Positions 28,277 to 38,297 of a stretch of 64,000 bases of DNA are shown here, piece after piece (the stretch's first letter is position 1; each line of letters starts with the position of its first letter). A model generated the notes under the pieces. The model was not told the DNA's origin. It was given only the letters and a program-made list of their open reading frames with translations, and made no database searches. The DNA is from a virus (taxonomy: Duplodnaviria; Heunggongvirae; Uroviricota; Caudoviricetes), in IMG/VR virus record IMGVR_UViG_3300032007_000008. One strand, written 5' to 3'. Position numbers and translations under genes: made by a program.

Positions 28277-29977
28277 ATGATTACTAATACGATAATGGCG
28301 CAGAAAGAAGCGCGTAGGAAGATATTGTCTGGCGTTAAGACAGTTGCAGATGCAGTAACGTCAACGCTTGGGCCTGGCGGAAGAAACGTTATTATAGAGA
28401 ATTTGAACGGAATGCCTCCGACAGTCACGAAAGACGGTGTGTCTGTTGCACGTTCCATAGTCCTAAAAGACAATTTCGAAAACATGGGAGCGCAGATGGT
28501 TATTGAGGTTGCTTCCAAGACTAACAGCATGTGCGGTGACGGAACTACTACTGCAACTCTGTTGGCGTATGAGATATACAAAAGAGCCGTCGAGTGCGTG
28601 GAGAACGGAGAAGAGCCTATGAATGTCAAAAGAAGCATGCTTCACGCCCTTGAGTTCGCGAAGGACGAGATTAGGAAGCAGGTTGTTCAGGTATCTTCCA
28701 AGGACGATTTGAAGAACATAGCCACAATATCAGCCAACGGTGATACTGCAATCGGAGAGATGGTTGCCGACATAATATCGCAGACCGGAAAGGACGGAAT
28801 AGTCGTTGTTCAGGAAGGAAGCAGCCTTGAGACAACTTGGTCGGTGACAAAGGGTGTTCGTCTCGACAGCGGTTTCATAAGCCCCTATTTCTCCAACGAC
28901 CCAAGCGGAAAGTGCGCATGCTCATTTGCAGATGCAAGAATTCTGTTTTTCGCCAAGAAGATTTCAAACGTGAACGAACTGTTTCCTGTTATGAACATAG
29001 CAGCTCGCGAAAAGTTTCCTCTTGTGATAATAGCGTTGGACTACGACCCAGACGTTATATCTACTCTCGTTGTGAACAGGCTTCGCGGAAACATACAGTG
29101 CTGTGCCATAAAAGCACCTGGTGTGATGGAAAGCATGAAGCTTGAATTCATGACGGATGCGGCAATAGCCACCGGCGGCACCGTTATCAATGACGATTTG
29201 GGAATAAAGCTTACGGATGTTACGGAAGAGCATCTCGGAAAGGCCAAGAGGGTTGACGTTACACTGCAATCTACAACGTTCATAGATGGAGCTGCGGACA
29301 AGGAGAAGTTTGACATGCGCGTGAACGAGCTTCGCAGCATGATGGAATCGGACAACATATCCGAATACTATCGCCATTCCTACAAAGAGAGATTAGCAAA
29401 GCTTGTTGCAGGAATAGCCGTTGTGAAGGTTGGCGGAGAAACACAGTCCATAATTCACGAAAAGCGGGACAGAATCGATGACGCGATATGCTCTACAAGG
29501 GAGGCAAGCACAGGCGGAATAGTCGCAGGCGCTGGCAGCACATTGCTGAAGATTGGAATAAAGATGGCATATCGCATATCAGAAGATTTGGCAAAGGATG
29601 TCGGAATCGAATCTCCGATGGTCGATACAGATAAGAGGTGCGAGCTTGGAAGCTTCATAGTCGGGCAGTCCATGCAGTCGTCATTCAAGAAGATTATAGA
29701 GAATGCCGGATACAGCGGAGACGAAACCGTTAGAAAGTATATAGAGAAATGTCGCGATAATGCAGAAAGCGATGAAATCGACAGGTCTGGATTCGATGTA
29801 CGGAATTTAAGTTATATGGACGACCTTGTTAAGGGTGGGGTCATAGACCCTGCAAATGTCGATATCTCTGCTCTTACGAATGCCGTGTCCGTGGCCGCTC
29901 TATTGATATCAACAGACTGTATGGTTGGAATAAACCAGGATTCCATACCAGTTGTTCAGACTGTTCAAGATGCGTAA
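28277..29977 (+). CDS. groEL: chaperonin GroEL
   Basis: TLGPGGRNV, TKDGVSVA, GDGTTTAT, ISANGD, ERLAKL, GIVAGAG, GVIDP. Confidence 0.97.
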   Translation: MITNTIMAQKEARRKILSGVKTVADAVTSTLGPGGRNVIIENLNGMPPTVTKDGVSVARSIVLKDNFENMGAQMVIEVASKTNSMCGDGTTTATLLAYEIYKRAVECVENGEEPMNVKRSMLHALEFAKDEIRKQVVQVSSKDDLKNIATISANGDTAIGEMVADIISQTGKDGIVVVQEGSSLETTWSVTKGVRLDSGFISPYFSNDPSGKCACSFADARILFFAKKISNVNELFPVMNIAAREKFPLVIIALDYDPDVISTLVVNRLRGNIQCCAIKAPGVMESMKLEFMTDAAIATGGTVINDDLGIKLTDVTEEHLGKAKRVDVTLQSTTFIDGAADKEKFDMRVNELRSMMESDNISEYYRHSYKERLAKLVAGIAVVKVGGETQSIIHEKRDRIDDAICSTREASTGGIVAGAGSTLLKIGIKMAYRISEDLAKDVGIESPMVDTDKRCELGSFIVGQSMQSSFKKIIENAGYSGDETVRKYIEKCRDNAESDEIDRSGFDVRNLSYMDDLVKGGVIDPANVDISALTNAVSVAALLISTDCMVGINQDSIPVVQTVQDA

Positions 29978-30497
29978 GTCGTCTAAAATATCCAACGAAA
30001 TCGAATTTACGACTTCGGCAGACAGCCGCAAAATCTCACAGAGGTATCCGTTTAATACGGATGGAGTCAAGGACGAGGTTTTGCGGCTGTATGATTTGGC
30101 ATATGACGCACTCAAGATAATAACCGTTGCTCTAAGCATGGAGAACAGCGATTTTTTTGCGGATTTTCATAACCTTGAGCAGTTCTATAGGATTTTTGAA
30201 ATATTTGGAATAAACACTGGAGATTTCAAACCATCCGAAGAAAATTTTTCTTCCAATCCAATTAAAGAATGGATTGAAATCATATCTCTTTTATTCGTTA
30301 CTATAGAGTCAATGCCAAACGAAGGTGGTATATGCAATGAGCGTATAGTCTATGGAGGAAAATCATGCAACTATCTTACGTTATGCGTTGATACAGAAAC
30401 AATGGACTTTAAATCCCATGTGTTGGGATTGATGATTGACGAAAATTCATCGATATTGATGATTGACAACAATGCGATTATTACAACGCTATCCTGA
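29970..30497 (+). CDS. hypothetical protein
   Basis: ORF overlapping the groEL stop. Confidence 0.5.
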   Translation: MRKSSKISNEIEFTTSADSRKISQRYPFNTDGVKDEVLRLYDLAYDALKIITVALSMENSDFFADFHNLEQFYRIFEIFGINTGDFKPSEENFSSNPIKEWIEIISLLFVTIESMPNEGGICNERIVYGGKSCNYLTLCVDTETMDFKSHVLGLMIDENSSILMIDNNAIITTLS

Positions 30498-32724
30498 TTG
30501 ATGAAATTGCTTTTGTCCCAGTTACTCCATAGTAAACATTGCAATTGTTGGTTTCGTCATATTCCGGGTCAGGATTTCCAATAAATAGAACATTGGTATT
30601 GGCTCCAAACGGAAAATTCGCATCATTTATTATATTCTGGAACATATCCTCATCAAATGAATTGTTGATGGTGCAATTTATGTATATAATTCCTGAAACT
30701 CCATAAAAATCTGTGTCATATGGCAGTATTGTTGATGACGGTGGAGGAGTTTTTAAAGTTGTTATTCCGGCAAAGGCAGCTTTATCAAAGATAACCGGAG
30801 GCTCATGCCCAACACTGCTGTCTCTTGTTATGTCTCTGTTGAAGTTTATTCTTATGAGAGGTGTGCTTCCGAATGCGCTTGCTCCAACTGAACTAACATA
30901 CGTTAAATTTGCAAATCCATCCGAACTTGTGCAGCTGAAAAAGCATTTCTCCGGAATCGATGTATAGTATTTTTCTCCAGGGTTATTTCTGAAACACTCG
31001 ATATGATTTATTCCTGAATATGCAAATGCCGATGGTCCTATTGAAGCATGTGTATTGAGCAAATTTGAAATTATATCCAGTTTTGAACACCCATAAAATG
31101 CAGCATCGCCTATATAAGTCGCGCTGCTTATACCTCTGCCAAATGAATTCAGATTAGAACATCCACGAAATGCATTGTCGTGTATCTCACTTATTTGAGT
31201 AGAACCAGTGCTAAAAATTTCTAATTTTGTACATCCTGAAAAAGCCTTACTGTAAACGTAGATATATGTTTCTGGTTCTCGCCCTACGGAATCAGATGCG
31301 CCATACGTATAAAAATCGACTAAATTAGTACATCCTACGAATGCGCTTTCACCTATTTCTGTGCAATTGGAAACGTCAACAGAAGTCAAATATGACGAGT
31401 TATAGAAGCATTTACCATCGAAAACTATGTTTCCTTTATCATAACCTCTGCTAGTACTGCGTGTAATCGAAACAATATTATTGTATCTGCTGTCTCCACT
31501 GCATGTGAAATTTACCTCCCAGCTTCCTACATAGCCGACATCTATCATGTACCACTTGTTCACGTCGTCACCTGTCCATACTAATGAGTCTCCTTCGTAT
31601 ATTAAATCTTCATGAACGTTTTTTCTATCAAGTAACAGGTCTTTTACGAGTTCCCCTTCTGTATCCATGTGTGCTGAATATTTGACGGCAGTAAATTTTG
31701 CATCATACGCAGGTGAACAGGTGTCATAACTGATTTTTCCAACTCCAAGATAATTTCTGTTGGTTCCTGATGAGATGTTTATAGTATAGAAACCCATTTT
31801 TGAATTTATCTGGAACCTTGGATATCTTTTGTCAATTTCGCCATTGACATAACTATACTCAGTCATTTCCGTCGTTGTTGGAACTATAAAACAGTTTTCT
31901 TTGAAAATGACAGGCTCGGTGTTAAATGGGATACCATAGCTCATCGGTGTGTCAGTTACAATATCCGCTTCAACGAATTTTCTTTTGTCTATAAACGATA
32001 TTGACGGAAATTCTTTAAATACAAAAAAAGAATTTAAAAAATCAATACGAACAGGATTATGTGATAGACTTCTAACTGTACCGATAATGTTTTCGCCATG
32101 TGTCCACACCCAACCAAAGGTTTGACTAAATTCCGCTACATTAGAACTATATGTTGTTGCTTCACCGCCTGACATTTCTACTACCAATTTAAAATATACT
32201 GTAATCGCTTGCCAGCTTTCATAAAAAGTCGTAAGATATTTACGCCTAATCCACACAAATATCTTGTATGGCTGTATCAAATTTGATAAATCTGTTAGTT
32301 CTGCCCATCCGTTTAAATTTCCGCCATTTGTAGGAGGATTCGTATGAATGCATGATTGTGATTTTGGCAGTTCGGCAGTAAAATCCTGAAAGCTTCTAGT
32401 ACCTGAACCGTCTCTAACCCTTACGTTTCCTCTCATTTCAATTAAGCCCACAATGTCATCTGTCATTACTCCGCATATTTCGCGTTTGTCCGACGGAAAT
32501 ACTATCGTCATAGGATTACCGTTCAAATCGTTAAAACTGCTGGGTGCGAGGTATGCGCCATATGGCGAATCGACTGTTTGATATTCATCAAAATAAATAG
32601 ATGTCAATGCAGGAAATCCGGCAAATGCCGAACGTCCAGCCGTAAGTGTCAACGAGCCGAAATCAAGACTTCCGGTCGTGGCGCGTGTCATGTATGCATT
32701 GTATAGTTCTTGTGAAGTAGCCAT
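30481..32724 (-). CDS. BspA-type (LRR_5) repeat protein, candidate receptor-binding protein
   Basis: Repeats IGESAFVGCTNL, KAFSGCTKL, NAFRGCSNL, IGDAAFYGCSKL. Confidence 0.7.
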   Translation of the reverse strand: MATSQELYNAYMTRATTGSLDFGSLTLTAGRSAFAGFPALTSIYFDEYQTVDSPYGAYLAPSSFNDLNGNPMTIVFPSDKREICGVMTDDIVGLIEMRGNVRVRDGSGTRSFQDFTAELPKSQSCIHTNPPTNGGNLNGWAELTDLSNLIQPYKIFVWIRRKYLTTFYESWQAITVYFKLVVEMSGGEATTYSSNVAEFSQTFGWVWTHGENIIGTVRSLSHNPVRIDFLNSFFVFKEFPSISFIDKRKFVEADIVTDTPMSYGIPFNTEPVIFKENCFIVPTTTEMTEYSYVNGEIDKRYPRFQINSKMGFYTINISSGTNRNYLGVGKISYDTCSPAYDAKFTAVKYSAHMDTEGELVKDLLLDRKNVHEDLIYEGDSLVWTGDDVNKWYMIDVGYVGSWEVNFTCSGDSRYNNIVSITRSTSRGYDKGNIVFDGKCFYNSSYLTSVDVSNCTEIGESAFVGCTNLVDFYTYGASDSVGREPETYIYVYSKAFSGCTKLEIFSTGSTQISEIHDNAFRGCSNLNSFGRGISSATYIGDAAFYGCSKLDIISNLLNTHASIGPSAFAYSGINHIECFRNNPGEKYYTSIPEKCFFSCTSSDGFANLTYVSSVGASAFGSTPLIRINFNRDITRDSSVGHEPPVIFDKAAFAGITTLKTPPPSSTILPYDTDFYGVSGIIYINCTINNSFDEDMFQNIINDANFPFGANTNVLFIGNPDPEYDETNNCNVYYGVTGTKAISSIRIAL

Positions 32725-32733
32725 GTTCTAATC

Positions 32734-35700
32734 CTATATTCTTGTTGGTATGTTTGGAACGTACCATACCGGTGCGAATGTTCCAAGTTCGAGATAAAGT
32801 CCCCCTACACCATAGAAATGCGCACCGTATGCAGCACCCCATGGGAATCCTGCCATTGACGAAATCGAACCTACAGTCTTGTTCGGAATGTAAATGTCCC
32901 CAGTGACGCCGGAAAACGCATTTTCCCCTATGGCAGTAACGCTTGGGATGTACACCGACGACAAATGGGCATTCATAAATGCGCTTGCGCCTATAGTCTT
33001 GCATTTTTCGAAATACAGATTTCCCAATCCGCTTACGTTGGCAAAGGAGCATGTTCCTATAGATTCAGCCATGTTCGCACGAACTGAACGTATGGACGAG
33101 CAATGTGCAAATGCGGCATCGCCTACTGAAATAGCATTGTTCACGCATACGCTTTCAAGGTCGTTGCAATACGCAAACGTGTAGTTTCCGACATTTCCAA
33201 GATTGTCGTCATCGAATCTGGTCACTGTCCTCGCCATTACATTTCCAAGAGCTGATTCGTAGTCTGGGTGGAGCTTGTATATGCGTTTTCTCTCCGCATT
33301 AATGCTGCCATCCCACATCTCTCTGAAACGGTAGAGATAATATTGATATTCATCGGATTTTTCGATATGGGACGCAAAGTTATACGCATTTCCGCTTCCA
33401 TCGTTGTTGTATGTGCCATGAAGGAAATCCATGTTTCCCCTCAGCATGGCATATCCAATATCATTTCCTCCAAAATCAAATGCGGTCGAAATCATGACCT
33501 CTTCATCATTGGCGGCTATTGCAACAGGCATGCAAGGAAATCTCTCAGAATCCTGTCCGTCTACATGGAAAAGGTATTTCTCTCTGGAATAGTCTTCTTC
33601 GGTCTTGTCTATATCTCCACAGAATCTGTGGATTACTTTCCAAGATGTTACCCTAATTTCCGTAAAGCCAAATTGCTCCAGTTTTTCCACGTCATCTATG
33701 CCGCTTTCCACGTCAACTGTTATCTTATGTCCATTTTCAAACAGTTTTGTTATTGTTCCATTATCGAGAACATAGATGTCTTTCCACAATACCCTTCCAA
33801 CCGAATTGGCTACTTCTACTGTTTCATCCTCTTCGCTTCTTATTATTTCGACATAGTATTTTGCCTTGCCGCCATCTACGATGTTTGATGTCTGTACATA
33901 GGTGAGAATGACATAGAATCTTCCGTTGAAGAAACACACATCGCTGTTTTTGAACTCATAGTCTTCTTGACCGTCAAAGGTGCATTCGTATTCCTCGAAC
34001 CAGTGCGCGTATTTTGTTTGGTCCCTGAATGGACGACATCCGTATATCTTTCCGCTTTCGCCCAATGCAATATAGTTTCCGTTGCCTCCGCATATCTTGT
34101 GTATGATTCCGGATGATATGTCGGTTTGCTGCATCTGGTAACTGGTTATTGGGATGTTTGCCGTTGATTTTGCGAAATAATATATTCCTCCTCCTTCTTT
34201 CGAGGCAAACAGGCATTCGTTGTCGGAATATACGCTGTTCCATGCTTCCGTGCCAGTTCCGCCCAAGGAATTTCTCGTCGAGATGTTGTTCGTATACTTC
34301 AATCCGTTTGACATTGCAATAATGAAATTTTTGGAAGATTCATCGAAGCAGATGTCGTTGGATGATACATTTGCAAGTGAAACAGATGTCCACGAAGCCG
34401 TTGCTGGATTTGAAATGAGGTCGCTTGTGGTGTGAATAATGGATGAAGCCGGCCTGGAAGTCGCGACGACAAAGTATTCCGTACCGTTAGCGACTTTTCC
34501 GTATGCTATCCCATTTATCGGACGAAGAACTGTTGTGCTTGAAAGTTTTGTGTCCAGCCACTTCGATTGAGCACTTGAGTATACTTTAAGACCTATGTTT
34601 CCATCCGCTGTGAAAAATGCGCCTTTTTCAGATTTCAAGAAACTCCATTGTCCGTTGGGGGGAGTCGCCATTGTCGGGTCTGATTGGACAAAAGAGTAGT
34701 CAGATTCAGAATCTTCGAAAAACCAGTCACGCTTTGCCGTATTCATCGATGTCGGTTCGATTGTTCTGAAAACCGAAAAGTTTCTCGATACTCCAGAAGA
34801 AGGAGACGGTATCTTCAAAACCAGCGATTCGCGGTTGTTTCTTCCGCCGAATATCGAATGGCGTGAAAGAGGAACGAACACGGAACACGGATACATCGGC
34901 GGAACATCGGAATAGAATCCATCCTCATAATACTGCGTGTAGTAGTATTTCGCATTATTGAACGCAGCATATATTCCACGGCCTTGCGCTTGCTGAGTGC
35001 TTGGTAATGATGGTCCTAAATCTACCCGTACCGATATTGAAGATGCAGCATATCGTCCGTTATCGCCGTTATATGTGTATGGAGTGACAATGAATTGTCT
35101 ACGGTCAAACTCAAGCTTGTCTTGGTAATCCAGTAGTTTGCTATATATGGAACTTCCCGTCACGAGCCATCCGTTGTCGAACGATATGCTTCCATACACA
35201 GGACGAATATTTTGCGGCGACGAACTTCCTAGTATTTCAAGCTCTCGGCTGTCGTAATCCCATAGAGAATATGGGGTTTTCGTGGCGTTATATATCTCCT
35301 TCGACCTAAGAACATAATTCGAAGAGCTTACAACGTTCACTCCGTCACTGCTCTGTTTTACGCATCCGCGCTTCAAGCTTGTCGCATGGGTCGGAGTATA
35401 GACTACTCCGGTCGAGCTTATTACGGTTGCATCATGTCCATCTACAGATGAAGGAAATATTGTAAATGTGTTCGCTGGCGCTGTCAGAATATTGTTGCTT
35501 TTTTTCGAAATTTCTTCCACGAACGCAAATGCCGAAACTGGATGCTCCGAATTCGATGCAAGAGTTCCATAGTTCAACGATATGTTGGTTGATGGCGGAG
35601 TTGTGCCAGTGACAGTTCTGATGAAATGTTCGGGTTTTGGATTCAGAACATTCTGCTTATCTTCGAGAGCCTCATGAAGAACTGATGCTTCGACAACCGA

Positions 35701-38274
35701 TGACGAACCCGCCGATATCGTGTTTCCAGCAAGCTTTACACCTCCAAATGTAGAGATTGTCGCATGCTTAAGTTCGTATGTCGTATCGGTTTTCGATATA
35801 TTTCCGTTTTCGTCTATTGAAACATTGTACATGTGTTCGAACTTGTCCTGTTTGTGGCTAAGTTCGGTGAACATGTGTCCCCCCATTACAAATTTGTCAG
35901 ATTGCTTCGATATACCGCCTCTTTCCAGAAATACATGAGTTGATTTGTCAAGAGACACAACATCAAAGTTTCCAGACCATAATATTCGAGGAGATTTTTC
36001 GAGAAGAGAGTCATAAAGCCAACCGCCTGAAATTGGAAGAGAGTCATCTGTGTGCAAGTTGTCGAATTTTACGAGTTTACACACGCCATCTGAGGTTGTT
36101 ATGGCGGAATCGCCGAATATTATCGGTTTTTGAAGATTCGATTCGAAGTATTCGTAGATTGACCCTCCTGAAATCGGATAGTTTATTCCACTCCCAAGAT
36201 ATGTATGATTAATTCCAATGTTCTCACCATCAACGGAAAATCCAGATTCCGAGTCAAAATAAAGTTTTTTCTGTTTGGATGTCAGTGCCATATATATCGA
36301 TTTTCCGTTTATGACACTGTTTGGAAAATTCTCGTAGTTCTCGAAAGTGTTATTGAATGAGCATAGGTGCGGAGATGTCGTCAATTCGTCAATAAAATCC
36401 GAATGGTTGAAATGAATGTTGTCTTCCTTTGATGTAAGAGAAGAGGAAATTGTTGACACCAGAGGAACGTATAGACTATACTGTTCATCATAATCTTCGC
36501 CATGTAAAGGTGTATTCGTTATTAGATATAGTCCAGCGTTTCCATCGATTTCCGCAGTTGGCGGCGTAGCCTGCCAGTCGTTCGTTATTTCGTTTTCGTT
36601 TGATATGTGAACATGGCTACCCGCTATAGATGATGGTTGAGTAAGTGCAAACCTATGCCCAACTGTGGCAGAATCGACAGGTTTCGTTTCTCCCTGAGAT
36701 ATCGAATTCGCTATTCTCAGTGAAATTACGTCAGGCGTTTCTTCATTCCTCTGTAGATTTAGCTGAGACCGCACAACCGATATGCAATCCTGTTTTTCAG
36801 ACAGATATTCGCAGAATGACGAGTTTGCCAACGTATCTGTGCTTTCGAGTGAAGAAGTGATTTCTGTTTTTGCTATTCCATATTTTGAGCTTGTCGCTTT
36901 TGATACGGTAAGCGTTTCATCATATATGTCGAGATAGTCCGAAGTCGTCAACATCCTGTAGAGCGAGCTTGTTCTCATGGATGCCGTGGCATTTGGATTC
37001 AATATGAAATCCTCTATGGAAGAGATGGCGGCAGAAACGAAATAACCGTTTGATGTGATAAGACCAGAATTTTTTGTGTCTATATTGACAGAATCCTGAA
37101 ATTTTTCTATTTCTTCGAATATGGCGTTACCATCGCATGGGATAGCAGAATTTTCGGCAACAGATGCTGCAATCTTGAGAGAGACATCTGTTTTCTTGTT
37201 ATCGTAATCTGTTTCAATATCGAAAAACGAATTGTTGGCACTGAGCTTTTCGGCCTTGGAATATAGTCCCCTTGCAAGAGTTTCCGACAGTCGGAAAACC
37301 TCTCCAGAGGAAATTGGAGGTGCATCTCCATCAAACGATATTGTTATGATTTTGCCGAATTTAGCTATAGGACTGCAAAATGACAACCTATCTTCTTTTT
37401 GGCGTATAGCTTCCCACAGAAAGCCACCCATTACAGGCAATCTTCCGTTGAGCGATGCGGATTCCGCTATAAGAAGTTCAACGTTGTTTGAATCTACGGA
37501 AAGAGGTTCAACGAATGTGATTGAGTTCTGCTTTTTGGAGAAGGCTTCCGAAACCTCATTGCATGAGACAACCGTATCACCCTCCGAAGATGAAAGAGGC
37601 ATGCGTCTAAGATAAATGCCGCCATCCGAAGAGAGAACTGAATTTCCATCGACCGATACGATATCCTGTTTTCTTGAGAGAGCATCATATATGGCAGATG
37701 ATTTCACGGCATTCGAATCGTTTTTCTTTACCGCGTCTGACGGCAAAAACAATCCGCCGCTTACGGAATCGCTGGCATGTGAAAGAACGAATTCAGTGTC
37801 CTTCTTGTCAAGGGACGGAACGGTTTTCGACATGTCGAAGCTTAGATTTTGCCCAATTGTCAATTTTTCTTCTTTTCCGTCCGTTTCGCGTGACAGTTCG
37901 TCGAGAATGCCGTATATGGATGAGGCGTATCTCTCAAAATCGTGAAATGGCTCTTTCGACACTACTGCATATGAAGTCAATCTTCCGAACGACTGTAAAA
38001 TACGACCGTCTGCAAAAATGAAGTTCTTTCTGTCGTCGGATATCGCGGGTATGCTTCCGTATCCGCTGGTGTCGAATATTGTACGCACACCGTAATCAAA
38101 TATGGAGAATCTTTCGAAATGCGAATCAAGGGAAGACAGGTGCGAGAGCATGTGCCAAATAACGAACGACTTCGGCGACAAGTTCCATGTATTGGAGCAA
38201 TTTGTGGTCAAGCTCATGCTTTCAAGAAAGCAATCGCTGACCTCTTTTGTGGTGTCTGTCTGTATGATGTCCAT
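32734..38274 (-). CDS. long tail-fibre-like protein with KQD repeats and C-terminal BspA-type LRRs
   Basis: Many V-S/G-G-x-I-Y-x-x-L-x-x-KQD repeats, ATISTFGGVKL; VGNYTFAYCNDL, VGDAAFAHC. Confidence 0.7.
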   Translation of the reverse strand: MDIIQTDTTKEVSDCFLESMSLTTNCSNTWNLSPKSFVIWHMLSHLSSLDSHFERFSIFDYGVRTIFDTSGYGSIPAISDDRKNFIFADGRILQSFGRLTSYAVVSKEPFHDFERYASSIYGILDELSRETDGKEEKLTIGQNLSFDMSKTVPSLDKKDTEFVLSHASDSVSGGLFLPSDAVKKNDSNAVKSSAIYDALSRKQDIVSVDGNSVLSSDGGIYLRRMPLSSSEGDTVVSCNEVSEAFSKKQNSITFVEPLSVDSNNVELLIAESASLNGRLPVMGGFLWEAIRQKEDRLSFCSPIAKFGKIITISFDGDAPPISSGEVFRLSETLARGLYSKAEKLSANNSFFDIETDYDNKKTDVSLKIAASVAENSAIPCDGNAIFEEIEKFQDSVNIDTKNSGLITSNGYFVSAAISSIEDFILNPNATASMRTSSLYRMLTTSDYLDIYDETLTVSKATSSKYGIAKTEITSSLESTDTLANSSFCEYLSEKQDCISVVRSQLNLQRNEETPDVISLRIANSISQGETKPVDSATVGHRFALTQPSSIAGSHVHISNENEITNDWQATPPTAEIDGNAGLYLITNTPLHGEDYDEQYSLYVPLVSTISSSLTSKEDNIHFNHSDFIDELTTSPHLCSFNNTFENYENFPNSVINGKSIYMALTSKQKKLYFDSESGFSVDGENIGINHTYLGSGINYPISGGSIYEYFESNLQKPIIFGDSAITTSDGVCKLVKFDNLHTDDSLPISGGWLYDSLLEKSPRILWSGNFDVVSLDKSTHVFLERGGISKQSDKFVMGGHMFTELSHKQDKFEHMYNVSIDENGNISKTDTTYELKHATISTFGGVKLAGNTISAGSSSVVEASVLHEALEDKQNVLNPKPEHFIRTVTGTTPPSTNISLNYGTLASNSEHPVSAFAFVEEISKKSNNILTAPANTFTIFPSSVDGHDATVISSTGVVYTPTHATSLKRGCVKQSSDGVNVVSSSNYVLRSKEIYNATKTPYSLWDYDSRELEILGSSSPQNIRPVYGSISFDNGWLVTGSSIYSKLLDYQDKLEFDRRQFIVTPYTYNGDNGRYAASSISVRVDLGPSLPSTQQAQGRGIYAAFNNAKYYYTQYYEDGFYSDVPPMYPCSVFVPLSRHSIFGGRNNRESLVLKIPSPSSGVSRNFSVFRTIEPTSMNTAKRDWFFEDSESDYSFVQSDPTMATPPNGQWSFLKSEKGAFFTADGNIGLKVYSSAQSKWLDTKLSSTTVLRPINGIAYGKVANGTEYFVVATSRPASSIIHTTSDLISNPATASWTSVSLANVSSNDICFDESSKNFIIAMSNGLKYTNNISTRNSLGGTGTEAWNSVYSDNECLFASKEGGGIYYFAKSTANIPITSYQMQQTDISSGIIHKICGGNGNYIALGESGKIYGCRPFRDQTKYAHWFEEYECTFDGQEDYEFKNSDVCFFNGRFYVILTYVQTSNIVDGGKAKYYVEIIRSEEDETVEVANSVGRVLWKDIYVLDNGTITKLFENGHKITVDVESGIDDVEKLEQFGFTEIRVTSWKVIHRFCGDIDKTEEDYSREKYLFHVDGQDSERFPCMPVAIAANDEEVMISTAFDFGGNDIGYAMLRGNMDFLHGTYNNDGSGNAYNFASHIEKSDEYQYYLYRFREMWDGSINAERKRIYKLHPDYESALGNVMARTVTRFDDDNLGNVGNYTFAYCNDLESVCVNNAISVGDAAFAHCSSIRSVRANMAESIGTCSFANVSGLGNLYFEKCKTIGASAFMNAHLSSVYIPSVTAIGENAFSGVTGDIYIPNKTVGSISSMAGFPWGAAYGAHFYGVGGLYLELGTFAPVWYVPNIPTRI

Positions 38275-38297
38275 CGTATGCCTGATTGTAATTACCC

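Noticed and set aside
32722-32736. In-frame TAG read-through fusing the 1846-aa and 747-aa tail genes
   Set aside because: Needs two TAG read-throughs, no suppressor is seen, and in-frame spacing arises by chance one time in three.
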